A program made the position numbers and the translations under genes. This document shows, piece after piece, positions 1-10,657 of a stretch of 64,000 nt of DNA. The notes under the pieces were generated by a model. The model was not told the origin of the DNA, searched no databases, and was given only the letters and a program-made list of their open reading frames with translations. The DNA lies in IMG/VR virus record IMGVR_UViG_3300024520_000055, positions 19,448 to 83,447 of that record, one strand, 5' to 3'. Source of the stretch: a virus. Each line of letters opens with the position of its first letter. The first letter of the stretch is position 1.

Positions 1-1
1 C

Positions 2-2566
2 CTCCTCACCTGGACGTCAGACATCCCCGTGTCCGAGCGGGTCGAAGGGACACGGTTCTCCTGGTTCTTCTTCATCTGGCGTGGTGCGGTGTCGGGAGGC
101 AAGCTGACCTTCCCGAACGTGTTCCAGGCAACGCGCAAGCCCTTCGGGGGAAGACTCGCATTCGCCGACGCTCACGTAGGAGACTTCATTGAGGTCGCGC
201 TGGTCATGAACCCGGCCCACTTCTTCCCCGACAAGATCCCGGACACGGGATACACGACTGCCTACTGGGCGTCCGGCGACGACACAGTCTACCTTCGCGA
301 GGACTTGGGGGAAGTGTTCACGAGGGGGATGCTCGGACACGCGCTCTACTTGGGAGGTACGGAGGACGAGGTCTACTCCATCGTGGACCTGATCGAGGAG
401 CTCGACGACGGCACGTTCCGTGGTGCCGTGTTGGAAGAGGGTGGAGGCGCGGCCTCGTTCACAGACGATCAGACAGCACAGGTAGCCCGATTCGATTCGA
501 ACGTGGTTGAGAACGGAGTGAAAGGAAAAATCGACGCAACGGCGACGCCGGACGAGTTCCTCATTGAGCCCTACACCAGTGGCGCGGAGATAGCGGGGAC
601 AGAGGACGTCACCTACGGAACTTACTGGGCGTTCGCTGCTGCCGAGGCCACAGAAATCACGGGGATCGCTGCGGGCATGAAAGTCTTGCTGGCGGTTTCG
701 GGATGGTTCCTGGTTGAAGAGATTGAATTTGACACCACGACAGGAGAGCCCCTTGGGTTGCACCTGGTCGAGATCGACACTGGCGCTGCGTGGACCGGAG
801 GAGGCCCGCAAGGCTGGACGGTCTACGAAGTCGCCGAGATGCGCAACTATTTTTCCAAGTTGATCGCAGAGGCATCCGGCGTGATTACCGTGCTGGACAG
901 GGCAGCGCACGGGACTGACAACGACGGAGAACACACCATTGACGACATCGCAGCGGGCACCGAAATCCTTGCCCCCGCGTACCCCACGCATCGGCCCGAA
1001 GCGTATGCCGGGGTTGAACTCGATACAGCCACGCGCGTAGACCAGTCCGATCTGTCGTGGAAAATGAAGGGCCTCTACCAGCGCTGGGAAATCGCTGCGG
1101 TCCTGTCAGAAACTTCGGTCGAACTGGATGTTCCGACGCAGGCCGACTTCGACACGCTGGCGGCGTTTTCATTCAATGGTAGGTATGCGTGGAAGCATGT
1201 CACCAAGCGTCTCCAGTGCCCCGGGGCCAACTTCGTCGCACTGGACGCCGACCAGAAGAAGCTGACGCTCGACAAGAGCGGAGATCCCAACCTCGACGGC
1301 TTCGAGTTCGACATCGAAGAAGTTGAGTCAGCCACACAGGTAAAGGTCGACCACTACTTCGACGCGCCGCTGTTGAACAGCGGAGCAATGCGTTGGGGGG
1401 TGGGGGACGTCCCCTACGCCACGGTCGCGTATCTTCCGGCGTCCACGACGATCACCACGGCCATCAATGGTGGCGTTGGGGGAGTCTACGTTCTCTTCCC
1501 GCGCGGGGGCACGCTGCCAACGCTCTTGGCGGGCAAGTACCTCTATTTGAACTTCCCCTACCTGGATGCAGAAAGCGTCTATGACGAGGGCCTCTTCGGA
1601 GACTATTCCGACGCGTACCTCACGCTCTCTCCGGCGTTGAACAGCATCGCAGTCGAAGTGACGACACGCGGGAACGACGGGACCTACGGTGACTGGGCTC
1701 TCCTTGATCTCGATACGGATTCACCCCTCCTCGAACCACTGAACGATGCGGCCGAGGCGCAAGTCTACGCGTGGCCGGTCAACGCGGGTTACACCCAGGC
1801 CGAGTATGTCCCCGCGCTCTACACGGGCGAAGCGAAGCACGTCTACGCTGACACGTTGGCCGCCAACTGGTTCATTTTCCAGAACCCGGCCTACATGCGT
1901 GCCGCGGGTCTTGGGACCCCCGACATGTGTCCCCTGTGCTACATGGAGCTCTCCACCACCAGGGAGAACGAGCAGACTAAGGTCACTGTGACGCGGCACG
2001 TGGTCGGCAAGGAACGCACCGAGGAAGAGGGCTTCTACGACGGAGGTGTGGCCGAGGCATTCACACAGGTTCTGGACGCACTGCCCCGCTACGAGTCTCC
2101 GGCGGCGCCCGGGGCGACCTTCGGCCACCGCGGAGACAAGTTCCCTGTGAGCGAGGGCTACTTCCTCCGCGTCTCATTCGCACTGATCACGTTTTCCACC
2201 ACCTCGCAGCATCGGGCCGAGGAACAACTGGAGGATTTGGTTGGGGTTCCTGAGTTGCTGGAAGCCAGCCCTGCTCCTGGATATGCAAAGACGACCCTGT
2301 GGATTGGTTCCAACGCCGACCAGCAGGGCGAGATCGTCGCAGGGGACCAAGATAGAATTCTGGAACTGCGACTGCGCACTGATGAGGTGCGGGCCAAGAC
2401 GGCATACCAGCTGGACAGCGCGGAGGTCCTGGGAAGCCTGGTTGAGCACACCCGCCACGGACACGGGACGATGGTCTCCGCACACCTCCAGACAGACGCC
2501 CCTCTCTTCTTCAGCGAGGACCTCACGCTCGAGGATCTTCAGGAGTGGTACTCACTATGGGTCTGA
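2..2566 (+). CDS. Large acidic virion/tail structural protein, probably 5'-truncated by the window edge
   Basis: Frame is open from position 2 (the track starts it at GTG 29). Acidic and beta-rich, with a module like those in neighbouring baseplate proteins; first gene of a tightly coupled + strand cluster. Confidence 0.6.
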   Translation, partial: LLTWTSDIPVSERVEGTRFSWFFFIWRGAVSGGKLTFPNVFQATRKPFGGRLAFADAHVGDFIEVALVMNPAHFFPDKIPDTGYTTAYWASGDDTVYLREDLGEVFTRGMLGHALYLGGTEDEVYSIVDLIEELDDGTFRGAVLEEGGGAASFTDDQTAQVARFDSNVVENGVKGKIDATATPDEFLIEPYTSGAEIAGTEDVTYGTYWAFAAAEATEITGIAAGMKVLLAVSGWFLVEEIEFDTTTGEPLGLHLVEIDTGAAWTGGGPQGWTVYEVAEMRNYFSKLIAEASGVITVLDRAAHGTDNDGEHTIDDIAAGTEILAPAYPTHRPEAYAGVELDTATRVDQSDLSWKMKGLYQRWEIAAVLSETSVELDVPTQADFDTLAAFSFNGRYAWKHVTKRLQCPGANFVALDADQKKLTLDKSGDPNLDGFEFDIEEVESATQVKVDHYFDAPLLNSGAMRWGVGDVPYATVAYLPASTTITTAINGGVGGVYVLFPRGGTLPTLLAGKYLYLNFPYLDAESVYDEGLFGDYSDAYLTLSPALNSIAVEVTTRGNDGTYGDWALLDLDTDSPLLEPLNDAAEAQVYAWPVNAGYTQAEYVPALYTGEAKHVYADTLAANWFIFQNPAYMRAAGLGTPDMCPLCYMELSTTRENEQTKVTVTRHVVGKERTEEEGFYDGGVAEAFTQVLDALPRYESPAAPGATFGHRGDKFPVSEGYFLRVSFALITFSTTSQHRAEEQLEDLVGVPELLEASPAPGYAKTTLWIGSNADQQGEIVAGDQDRILELRLRTDEVRAKTAYQLDSAEVLGSLVEHTRHGHGTMVSAHLQTDAPLFFSEDLTLEDLQEWYSLWV

Positions 2567-3168
2567 TTTACGGCATCTCTGCGCTCCACCGGGGAACGGG
2601 AACGACGTTCGCCACCGAGACGACCTTCACGGCGCTGGAAGACCTCCCGGACCTCCAGGCGCCCGTGGCAGCGTTTCCCCTGCGAGACCTCATTAACAAC
2701 ACGCGACTGGGGGAGGCGTATCTCGACAACATTCGCAGTGTGCTCCTCGGAGTGTTCCGTGAGGTGTCAACGGGGTGGGAAATCAACCCGGTGTGGGAGG
2801 ACAACGCGGCCCTTCGGGAACACGGGCACGACACGGCGGCACGCATTTTCATCCAGTTCGCCCTGGAGTCGTTCTTCGGATCTTACCTCCGCTCCAAGGT
2901 GGACTTGACAGGGATCCCCAATTCAGTGTTATACTACGACGTAGACCGGCAGAACGCCGGACTCCACTTCTCCGTCCGACTGCCTTCCCTCGACCTGGGG
3001 GAGGCGCTCCGCGCGTTCCAACGCTCCCTACCAGACGCCTCGCTCCTGGAGCTGGCGAAGCGCGTCTGTGACGAGACCAAGTTTCCTCCAGACACAGACC
3101 TCAACGCGCGACTCTCCATTTGCTGCGGACTCATCCTGCTGACCTACTACGTGGAGGGACGGACATGA
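2557..3168 (+). CDS. Hypothetical protein in the tail/baseplate operon
   Basis: AGGAG at 2541-2545 precedes ATG 2557; overlaps the upstream stop; ATGA-coupled to the next gene. Confidence 0.6.
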   Translation: MGLIYGISALHRGTGTTFATETTFTALEDLPDLQAPVAAFPLRDLINNTRLGEAYLDNIRSVLLGVFREVSTGWEINPVWEDNAALREHGHDTAARIFIQFALESFFGSYLRSKVDLTGIPNSVLYYDVDRQNAGLHFSVRLPSLDLGEALRAFQRSLPDASLLELAKRVCDETKFPPDTDLNARLSICCGLILLTYYVEGRT

Positions 3169-6100
3169 CCGAGGAGCAGCAGCTCTACCGGAGCGATCTT
3201 CTGCTCTACATCGACGGCGTGCACATTCCGTGTGTCGGCGCCATCGTCCGCAGCGGGCGCTTCACGATCCCCGAGGCAGCCATTGACCTGGTGCCTCACC
3301 CCCAGCTTGCAGGAATGGGTCGGGACGACCACGTCCCCGTTGTACTCTTCGAGTACGATGGACAGTCTCCCTACGGTCCGATGGGAACGACCTCGTTCCG
3401 CGATGACTTCCCTCCCTTCTACGAGGCCGACCCCAAGTTCCCCGTACTCGGTGAATGGAAGTACGCATTCGAGGGCAACATCATCGGCTGGGAGTACGCA
3501 GTCACGCCGGAAGGCGTCAAGGTCATGCGCTTCAACTGCCTCCACGACATTGGTTGTCTCGTGACCTACCTGTTGAAGTACGCCGTTGGATACGACGATG
3601 CTTACAAAGTGATCGGACAGCGCACGCGCAGCGCAAGCCGGGGCGAGGTGCGGCGCTTGGCAAAGAACTGGGACCTGTACTATCCTATCTCGCTCTTCTA
3701 CAAGAACGGATTGCCTCCCGCGATCAAGAAAAAGAAGAAGCCCAAGGAAGAAGAGAAGACACGGTCGGCTGTCTTGAAAGATGTTCTCAAAAACAATGAA
3801 GCACGTGGGAAGACGGCACTGATCGAGGGAAAGTCTGTTGCTTTCCTCTCCATGGAAATTGTAGGAGACGAAATCTTCTACGAACTTCCGGACGAACGCA
3901 TCGTGCTCAAGCGCGGCTCCTCTGCAATCGTTCGACGCGAACGCAAGACTCGCTTCAAGGCGGAGAACTATGCGGACGGACAGGTTGCAACGCGGCAGAC
4001 CAGGGCTGGGCGTCGGCGCTCCAGCGCTGCCGACTACGTCAACCGTCCCTTCGACGTCCTCTGGAACATTTTCAACGCGTGTGACAAGCAGCACCAGGAG
4101 CAATTTCGCTCCATCATCGTCGGCCGTTACTTCTGGCCTCGCATCTCACGCACGCGGTTGCTCTACCGATTCCTTCCGGCCCCCCTCTTCGAACAGCCCA
4201 TCGATCCCACCGAGCGCACTACCAAGTACGTCGGTGTCTTCGATTGCATCAAGGCTGTGGGGCACAGGTTCAAGTCAGGAGGCGCCCTCTACACACGCCT
4301 GAAAGCGTTCGAGGCGCTGCTCAAGCAGATGGCACAGATGGGGGGCGCGGGCCCGGCATGGGCGTTCTATCAGACGTTGTTCTCCCAGATGCTTTACGAC
4401 CTGCTGTGCATCCCGAACCCCGCACTCTACGAAGTGGAGGCTTTGTCTACATACAAACATGTGATCGGGGAGGGAGACCCCAACTTGGAGAACGACAATC
4501 ATGTGTTGGCCAACTACACCACAATTCCCACGTCGTTCATGGGCGTGCCTCCGCGCTGCAATGTGATCTTCCCCAGCGAGAAGATCGAGTTCCAGTATCA
4601 GGAGAACTTCCAGTCACAACCGACGCGTGTCTACGTCGGAGACCTCTTTGCCACCAAAGCAGGGCTTATCCGGCACAAGGGAATCCCGTTCACCGTGGGC
4701 TACCCCGAAGAGGCATTCGATCACCTGCGGGCTGGCAGGGTTCCTGGGAAGGCATACCTGAACAACTACGCGTTCCTGATCTATCCCGAGGAGTACTTCT
4801 GTGGCCCACGCACATTCACCACAGGCATGCCTCAGTGGTGGCACATGATGCAGGACAAGGTCACGGGCAAGAAGAAGACTCCGCGCAAGGATGTGGTCAC
4901 CACTTCTTCTGATGCAGTGACCGCACTGCAACAGGCGCAGTCCGAAGACCTCCTCAAGACACGCAACCAGACACACGCATACAAATTGGAACAGTGGGAG
5001 AAAAGAAAACAACAGGCCATCACCGACGCGCGCGAAAAAGCAGCCAGGGAGGGACGCGACTACGTCCCAGGCGAGGAAGACTTCACCGAGGAGGCACCGA
5101 AGAAGGCGGCCGTGCACAAGGCCGTCACCCGTGAGACGGTGCAGAACTTTGTCACAGGGCAGGTTGCGCCATCGGGGAAGAAGAAAGTCAAGAAGGGCGT
5201 CCCCTACAAGCTCGACATGGACCCCTTCTTCTTTGCCTACGCGCGATACATCTATTACATCGAGCGCTACGGCGCACGCGTTGCCAACATCTCTGTGTCT
5301 GACAACCGCAACCACGTTGCTGGCTTGCCGTGCCTGGTTCTCGATCGCGAGAAGCCGGGGATGCACTTCTTTGGTTTCATCGAGAAGATCCAGCGAGAGT
5401 TCCGGCAGGATGGGCGCGGGATGCAACTCCAGATCACCTACGTAAGGGACATGTTGGAGTTCGTTGAGTCCCTCTCGGAATTGCAAGACAACAAGTTGCG
5501 CAAGCGCCTGGGTAGCGCGGAAAACAAGAATCCGGACGAGTTTTGGTACGTTTACGACAAGCACCCGGGTCTCGTTGCGTTCAATGAAATCAACAAGGCG
5601 TTTAACACCACCACCGAGTGGGAAGATGACCAGACGTTCGTGGAACACATGGAGACGGGGCAACCAGATCCCGTGCCTACCGTTGCATTTATCACTGCGA
5701 TCCCCGAACACGCTTCGGAGTACTACGGGCGCCTATTGTGGGGAGGAACATCCTACGAAGAAATCTTGTTGGGCGTTGCACCGGAATCGAATCCACGTTT
5801 CTCTGTTCCCTTGGACCAGATTTTCAAGATCGTCAAGGTGGACCGCAACGACAGGGAACTCGAGGACGGCGTAGCTTTCGACCCCAAACAGTTCGAGAAC
5901 CAGGCCAAGTATGTGGGAGAGAATGCGCAAACGCTTCCCCTCACCTCGGAGGAAACGCACTACCGCCTGAAGTTCCTGGACCACCTCCGAAGCGAGGGGT
6001 TCGATCCCGTTGCGCGCTACGACGACGCGGTGAAGTACACGTGGCGGCCTATCTGCAACCTGCACCAGTACGTGCGATTCTTCGCGGCCACCTGGGAAGC

Positions 6101-6437
6101 AGTCCTCGGCGCCGAGCTGTTCGACAATGACTTCTACTCTCAGTTCATGGAGAGTGTCACCGATCCGTCGAAGAATGTTGCAGCCAGCTATCCGCGCTAC
6201 CTGTACCTCCATCCCTACATGTTCCCCGCGAATACCGCGGGCGTGACCAGCGGTGACCTGAGTCACATTCCTCCGGGACCGCCAGTTGACATCGAAGAGA
6301 ACACAGAGAGAGGAAGAAAGAAGCAGACCTACGGGGTGCCCGCGTTGGACGAAGTTCCTCACACGAGAAAAGCGTGGCAGTATATACTGACTTTCTATCG
6401 GAGGACTCTCCTTGATCTGGTGCCGGAGGAGTGGTGA
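3165..6437 (+). CDS. Baseplate hub-like protein (gp27/gp44/Late-D-like) with large insertions
   Basis: ATGA overlap at 3165. N-terminal LYIDGVHIP...FEGNI and later 'ISVSDNRNHVAGLPCLV...FFGFIEKIQREF...MQLQITYVR' resemble hub beta-barrel motifs; lies upstream of gp25 and baseplate J genes. Confidence 0.5.
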   Translation: MTEEQQLYRSDLLLYIDGVHIPCVGAIVRSGRFTIPEAAIDLVPHPQLAGMGRDDHVPVVLFEYDGQSPYGPMGTTSFRDDFPPFYEADPKFPVLGEWKYAFEGNIIGWEYAVTPEGVKVMRFNCLHDIGCLVTYLLKYAVGYDDAYKVIGQRTRSASRGEVRRLAKNWDLYYPISLFYKNGLPPAIKKKKKPKEEEKTRSAVLKDVLKNNEARGKTALIEGKSVAFLSMEIVGDEIFYELPDERIVLKRGSSAIVRRERKTRFKAENYADGQVATRQTRAGRRRSSAADYVNRPFDVLWNIFNACDKQHQEQFRSIIVGRYFWPRISRTRLLYRFLPAPLFEQPIDPTERTTKYVGVFDCIKAVGHRFKSGGALYTRLKAFEALLKQMAQMGGAGPAWAFYQTLFSQMLYDLLCIPNPALYEVEALSTYKHVIGEGDPNLENDNHVLANYTTIPTSFMGVPPRCNVIFPSEKIEFQYQENFQSQPTRVYVGDLFATKAGLIRHKGIPFTVGYPEEAFDHLRAGRVPGKAYLNNYAFLIYPEEYFCGPRTFTTGMPQWWHMMQDKVTGKKKTPRKDVVTTSSDAVTALQQAQSEDLLKTRNQTHAYKLEQWEKRKQQAITDAREKAAREGRDYVPGEEDFTEEAPKKAAVHKAVTRETVQNFVTGQVAPSGKKKVKKGVPYKLDMDPFFFAYARYIYYIERYGARVANISVSDNRNHVAGLPCLVLDREKPGMHFFGFIEKIQREFRQDGRGMQLQITYVRDMLEFVESLSELQDNKLRKRLGSAENKNPDEFWYVYDKHPGLVAFNEINKAFNTTTEWEDDQTFVEHMETGQPDPVPTVAFITAIPEHASEYYGRLLWGGTSYEEILLGVAPESNPRFSVPLDQIFKIVKVDRNDRELEDGVAFDPKQFENQAKYVGENAQTLPLTSEETHYRLKFLDHLRSEGFDPVARYDDAVKYTWRPICNLHQYVRFFAATWEAVLGAELFDNDFYSQFMESVTDPSKNVAASYPRYLYLHPYMFPANTAGVTSGDLSHIPPGPPVDIEENTERGRKKQTYGVPALDEVPHTRKAWQYILTFYRRTLLDLVPEEW

Positions 6438-7138
6438 TGGCAGTCGCGAGCAACAGGGACCTTCGCAAACGCGACGTTGATCTTTACAACGCATGGCGGA
6501 AGAATCCCAGCGCCCCCACGCTGTCCCCTTTACTCCGTAATCTGGACCCGCTCATTCACCGCGAGGTCAACCGCTGGCAAGGCACGCTGGCCCGTCCGTT
6601 TCTGGAGACGCAGGCCAAGAAGCTGGCGGTCGAGGCCATCGGGACGTTCGACCCCACGCGCGGGGTACAACTGTCCACGCACGTCGGCAACCGTCTTCAG
6701 AAACTGTCCCGGCCGAACTATACCTACCAAAACCTTGCGCGCATCCCCGAGCACCGGATGATGAAGTTCTACACGTTCAATGCTTCGCGAGGGCGTCTCA
6801 TTGAGCAGCTGGGGCGCGAGCCGACGGCAGATGAGATGGCGCGGGAGCTGGTCTGGAGTCTTCCCGCAGTGCGAAGGTTCCAGAGTGAACAGCGGAGGGA
6901 ACTGCTGACTTCGCAAGAGGGCCCCGAGGAAGACTCGAGCGCGACAGACAACATGGTTCACTACGTCTACCACGATCTCCCCCCGATGCAGCAGCGCATC
7001 TTCGAAATGAAAACAGGGTACCTGGGACACCCCGTGACGAAGCCCGCGACCATTCGAAAGGAGCTGGGCCTCACGCAGGGACAGCTCTCGTATCAGCAGG
7101 CCCAGATCCTGAAGCGGTTCAAGGAGGCGCAAGAGTAA
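6437..7138 (+). CDS. RNA polymerase sigma-70-family factor (FliA/SigB/SigF-like, regions 2-4)
   Basis: Region 2 'EAIGTFDPTRGVQLSTH', 'ARIPEH', region 3 'LIEQLGREPTADEMAREL', region 4 'LPPMQQRIF...IRKELGLTQGQLS'; TGATG overlap. Confidence 0.9.
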   Translation: MAVASNRDLRKRDVDLYNAWRKNPSAPTLSPLLRNLDPLIHREVNRWQGTLARPFLETQAKKLAVEAIGTFDPTRGVQLSTHVGNRLQKLSRPNYTYQNLARIPEHRMMKFYTFNASRGRLIEQLGREPTADEMARELVWSLPAVRRFQSEQRRELLTSQEGPEEDSSATDNMVHYVYHDLPPMQQRIFEMKTGYLGHPVTKPATIRKELGLTQGQLSYQQAQILKRFKEAQE

Positions 7139-7140
7139 CA

Positions 7141-8151
7141 ATGCAGTCCGTTCCCCTGCGCCCCCCCGCGACCGAAGAAGTCGAGGCTCCCAGCACTGGG
7201 ACAGAGGAGATCCTGGGGAGCATTGTGCGTGTGCTGCTCAATCGTGCGTTGGCTCTGATCGGAGAGAGCACCGAGGCCCCCGAAGCCATCACGCGCGTGC
7301 GGCGCAAGTACACCAAGGCCCTCTGGATTGGAGCCGCAACAGCATTCAATCGGAAACAGACCAACGCAGCCCCCACCTACGAGAAGTTTGTCATCTACCG
7401 TCCGTTCACGCCCGACCTGCGGCGAAGCCAGGCAACGTCGGACAAGATTGCACGGTGGGTTGCTGACCCGACAATCCAATGGTCCCCACACTTCACAGTG
7501 ACCGAGAGCGGCACGTACATGCAACACGTGGACCTGTTGGACGAAGCACGCCACACGCAGAATGCGGGAGGCGCCACCGACGCGAATGCAATTGGCATCG
7601 CAATCCCCGGGCGCGTCAACGACGAGATCCCCGAGACCGTTTACGCAGGGCTAGCAACAATTCTTCGGGAAATGGCTCACGCCTATGACATCCCGATGAC
7701 CCTCAACACATTCGGGGAAGTAGTGCTCCCCGACTCAGAGGTGAGTTCTTTCATCGATCCCGGTGCCAACTTCGACTTCGTGAAGCTCGCCCGCCTCACC
7801 AATGTCGTTCCTGTTTCAGCTGTTTCGACCTCGATCTTCGAGGAGTACGAGGCGACCGACGAGGACATGATTCTCGCAGCGGTCGAGAAGTTCTCCGAGG
7901 ATGCCGTGGGAGCCGGGGTCGAAGCGATGACGGATCGCGCCAAGCGCCAGGTTCTCGGGTATCTTTCTGCCCGGCGACTGACTTCCCTGAATGAGAAAGC
8001 AGTTCGTGATTACGCCGCCGACGGAGAGCAAAAGCTGGCACGCGGGCTCGGACGGGAATGGACTGGGCTCAGTGCCGCGCTGGAACTCGGAAGCGACGGC
8101 GACGACATTCCAGGGATGGATGTCAGCAACCTTCCGGAGGAGATCGTCTGA
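7141..8151 (+). CDS. Amidase_2/PGRP-fold protein, apparently lacking some Zn ligands
   Basis: 'SPHFTVTESGTYMQHVD...ARHT...NAIGI...IDPGANFDF' follows the Amidase_2 pattern, but IVIHHT reads FVIYRP and the C-terminal GH motif is absent. Confidence 0.65.
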   Translation: MQSVPLRPPATEEVEAPSTGTEEILGSIVRVLLNRALALIGESTEAPEAITRVRRKYTKALWIGAATAFNRKQTNAAPTYEKFVIYRPFTPDLRRSQATSDKIARWVADPTIQWSPHFTVTESGTYMQHVDLLDEARHTQNAGGATDANAIGIAIPGRVNDEIPETVYAGLATILREMAHAYDIPMTLNTFGEVVLPDSEVSSFIDPGANFDFVKLARLTNVVPVSAVSTSIFEEYEATDEDMILAAVEKFSEDAVGAGVEAMTDRAKRQVLGYLSARRLTSLNEKAVRDYAADGEQKLARGLGREWTGLSAALELGSDGDDIPGMDVSNLPEEIV

Positions 8152-8669
8152 TGTACTACGTGAGCCAAGGGGATCTTGCGATCATTCCCAGCGCAGCGCT
8201 GGTTGAAGCAGGGAAGAAAAAGATCTTCACCTTGGCTGAGATTCCCTCGGACTACGCAACAAGCCCCATCATCGGGGAGATCCTGCGCCCAGGAGAAGAG
8301 GGCTACTTGTCTGTAACAGGCATCCAATACCTGTTCTGCAAGGTGTGCCGTGTTCTCCTCACCGATCCCGAAAGTGACCCCCTCGATCCGAGCGGCACGC
8401 TTCTCGGGTCATTGTCAGGCCAGGTCAATCTGTCCGAAGGAGCGCGGGACGCTATCTCCACAGCGGTTCTCCAGGCCAAGGAGAAGATCCAGAGGGATGA
8501 GCTCGCGGAAAGAAACCTGCTCCCCTCCGAGCGCTTGGCCGAGATGGCAGTCGACCGCTATGAAGAGGACTCCTCGACAGGAGGGGCTACTGTGTATATC
8601 AACGTCACCAATGCTGAAGGAACGACGTTCACGCTGTTCCTCGACGGCGTTTCTGTGGGAGTGGAGTGA
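8151..8669 (+). CDS. Baseplate wedge protein, gp25/GpW-like
   Basis: 'VTGIQYLFCKVCRVLLTDPESDPLDPSGT' gp25-like pattern; directly upstream of baseplate J; TGATG overlap. Confidence 0.65.
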   Translation: MYYVSQGDLAIIPSAALVEAGKKKIFTLAEIPSDYATSPIIGEILRPGEEGYLSVTGIQYLFCKVCRVLLTDPESDPLDPSGTLLGSLSGQVNLSEGARDAISTAVLQAKEKIQRDELAERNLLPSERLAEMAVDRYEEDSSTGGATVYINVTNAEGTTFTLFLDGVSVGVE

Positions 8670-10657
8670 TGCCGACAGTCACCCTGGCCGAAGTTCGCGA
8701 CAAGGAAGAGGCACTCGCCCAGTTCCTTGCTGACCATCTGCCCTCCGGAAAGTGGGGAAGGAACGATGCCCTGCGACAGCTCGCCGCACGCGCGCTGGCC
8801 TACATCCTCAAAGCCCTGGATAAGGACAGGGACACCATCCTGACCCTCATCACACGGGACGGCTTGCTGGCCAATGATCTGGACGGCGACCAGAATGCCA
8901 TCGACGCTGCGACAGCGTTCCTCCGAGATCTTGCAATCGACACGGGCGACGGGGCATTCGCGCAGGGAAGTGTCGTCTTCTACACCACGCGGGAAGGAAA
9001 CATCACAGTTCCACAGGGAACCAAGGCAACCATCGGCACGGTGGATTTCACTACAACGTACATCGAAGACCACTCGATCGCATCCGAAGACCTCGTCGCC
9101 GTCCGCGATAGCAGAGGTGTGACTGTGGGCTACTCGTTCTCGCTCTCGTTCGTCGCTGACGAGCCCGGAGAGGACGGAAACGTGGATGTGGGCCCGGTTA
9201 CCTCGTTCGATCCTTTTGACCCCTACGTTTATGCAGGGCAGGTCGTCCGGCAGTTCGAGGGAGGCCTCCCCAGTACGACACAGGAGGAAGTGCTCACCAA
9301 CCTCCCGGATTACGTGGGCGCTGAGATCCTGGACAACGAGAGCAACATCACGACGCTCTTACGCAGGGACGCGCCCTACATTGAGACCATCGACGTGATC
9401 AAGTCGGGGGCGGCACTGATGAGCCGCGACCGTATCTTCGATGAGAATCCCGCGCTGCGGTTCCACACGACGGGAATGGCCGACGTTTACATCACATCGG
9501 CTATCGTGGAAGGCATCCTTGCGGAGGGGTCCAAGGTTGGAGGCGTATTCGACCTGGCCGCGCTGGACCCCGCGCCGCAGCACGACGTGCGCTTCTTCCG
9601 CGACCTCGAAACAGACTTCATTCTTCAGGGAGTGTTGGAGGGGGACATCCTCTACCTTCGCGACAACTGGAGCGGCACGCAAAACCAGTACGTCATCGAG
9701 AAAGTCTGGAAGAACTACCTGATGGCCCGCGCTGAGACTCCGTTTCCCGAGGAAGCCTCCGGCGTGACGTACTCCGTGGGACGCAGAGGAACAGCCTACC
9801 AAGATGTGATTCCGGGTATCGGGAGTAGTGCTTACCCGGAGACGGGAGAAACGACCTCGGAACTACAGGTTCCTGGGGCTGTGTTGCTTCCGTCCATTCC
9901 CTTTGTGTTTCTCGCAGATGTCTCGTTCCGCGATCCTACGAATACATACGCTGACCCCAGCACCGGACGTGTCCACTTCACACGGCGAGTGAACGGCACT
10001 CCGGCTGATCCGGCAACCGTCGACCAATTGGAGTACCGGATTGAGCGCCTGCGCCCCCATTACGCGGGGTCGAGGGAAGCCCTGGTTCTCCTCCACGTCG
10101 GTGACTATACTGACTTTGCAGGCCAGGCGCTCTCCCTCCAAGCGGCAACGATTTACGGATACGCCACGGCCCAAGGGCAGTTCTTCGGGGAGGATATCCA
10201 GGAGCGCACAGTCAAGGGCGACATCTTGTTGCGCCAGAAGCACGGGACACAGATTCCAATGACGGTGCGCTACGTCCGCGATAAGAACGCCAGCGCCGAG
10301 AACGTTTTCGAGGAAGAGGCCCTGCTCACCTATCTCGCCAGGACGTTGACCCAGGCAACCGACAATGAGCAGTTCGGCCTGGATGATCTGTCCCCCAGTG
10401 CACGGGAGGCATTCCCGGGCCTCCGCAGCCTCTATATTGACGCTGCCAAGAGCATCGTGGACATGCCTGACGGCACGGTCCTCCAGTTCGACGGGCTGAT
10501 CTACGACTTTGACACGGCGACTCCGGAGTCCCGGTTTGTAGGTGACGTGCTCCCGTCGCCCCCGCTTCTCCCTTCCGAGTGGGGAGTCGGACGCAAGACC
10601 GTCCAGTTCTACTGCACGGAGGACCTGATCACGGCCTCGGAGGAGACGACAGAATGA
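8669..10657 (+). CDS. Baseplate J-like (gp6) wedge protein
   Basis: 'AQGSVVFY...ITVPQGT...F.T...ADEPGEDGNV...FEGG' is typical of Baseplate_J. Confidence 0.8.
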   Translation: MPTVTLAEVRDKEEALAQFLADHLPSGKWGRNDALRQLAARALAYILKALDKDRDTILTLITRDGLLANDLDGDQNAIDAATAFLRDLAIDTGDGAFAQGSVVFYTTREGNITVPQGTKATIGTVDFTTTYIEDHSIASEDLVAVRDSRGVTVGYSFSLSFVADEPGEDGNVDVGPVTSFDPFDPYVYAGQVVRQFEGGLPSTTQEEVLTNLPDYVGAEILDNESNITTLLRRDAPYIETIDVIKSGAALMSRDRIFDENPALRFHTTGMADVYITSAIVEGILAEGSKVGGVFDLAALDPAPQHDVRFFRDLETDFILQGVLEGDILYLRDNWSGTQNQYVIEKVWKNYLMARAETPFPEEASGVTYSVGRRGTAYQDVIPGIGSSAYPETGETTSELQVPGAVLLPSIPFVFLADVSFRDPTNTYADPSTGRVHFTRRVNGTPADPATVDQLEYRIERLRPHYAGSREALVLLHVGDYTDFAGQALSLQAATIYGYATAQGQFFGEDIQERTVKGDILLRQKHGTQIPMTVRYVRDKNASAENVFEEEALLTYLARTLTQATDNEQFGLDDLSPSAREAFPGLRSLYIDAAKSIVDMPDGTVLQFDGLIYDFDTATPESRFVGDVLPSPPLLPSEWGVGRKTVQFYCTEDLITASEETTE

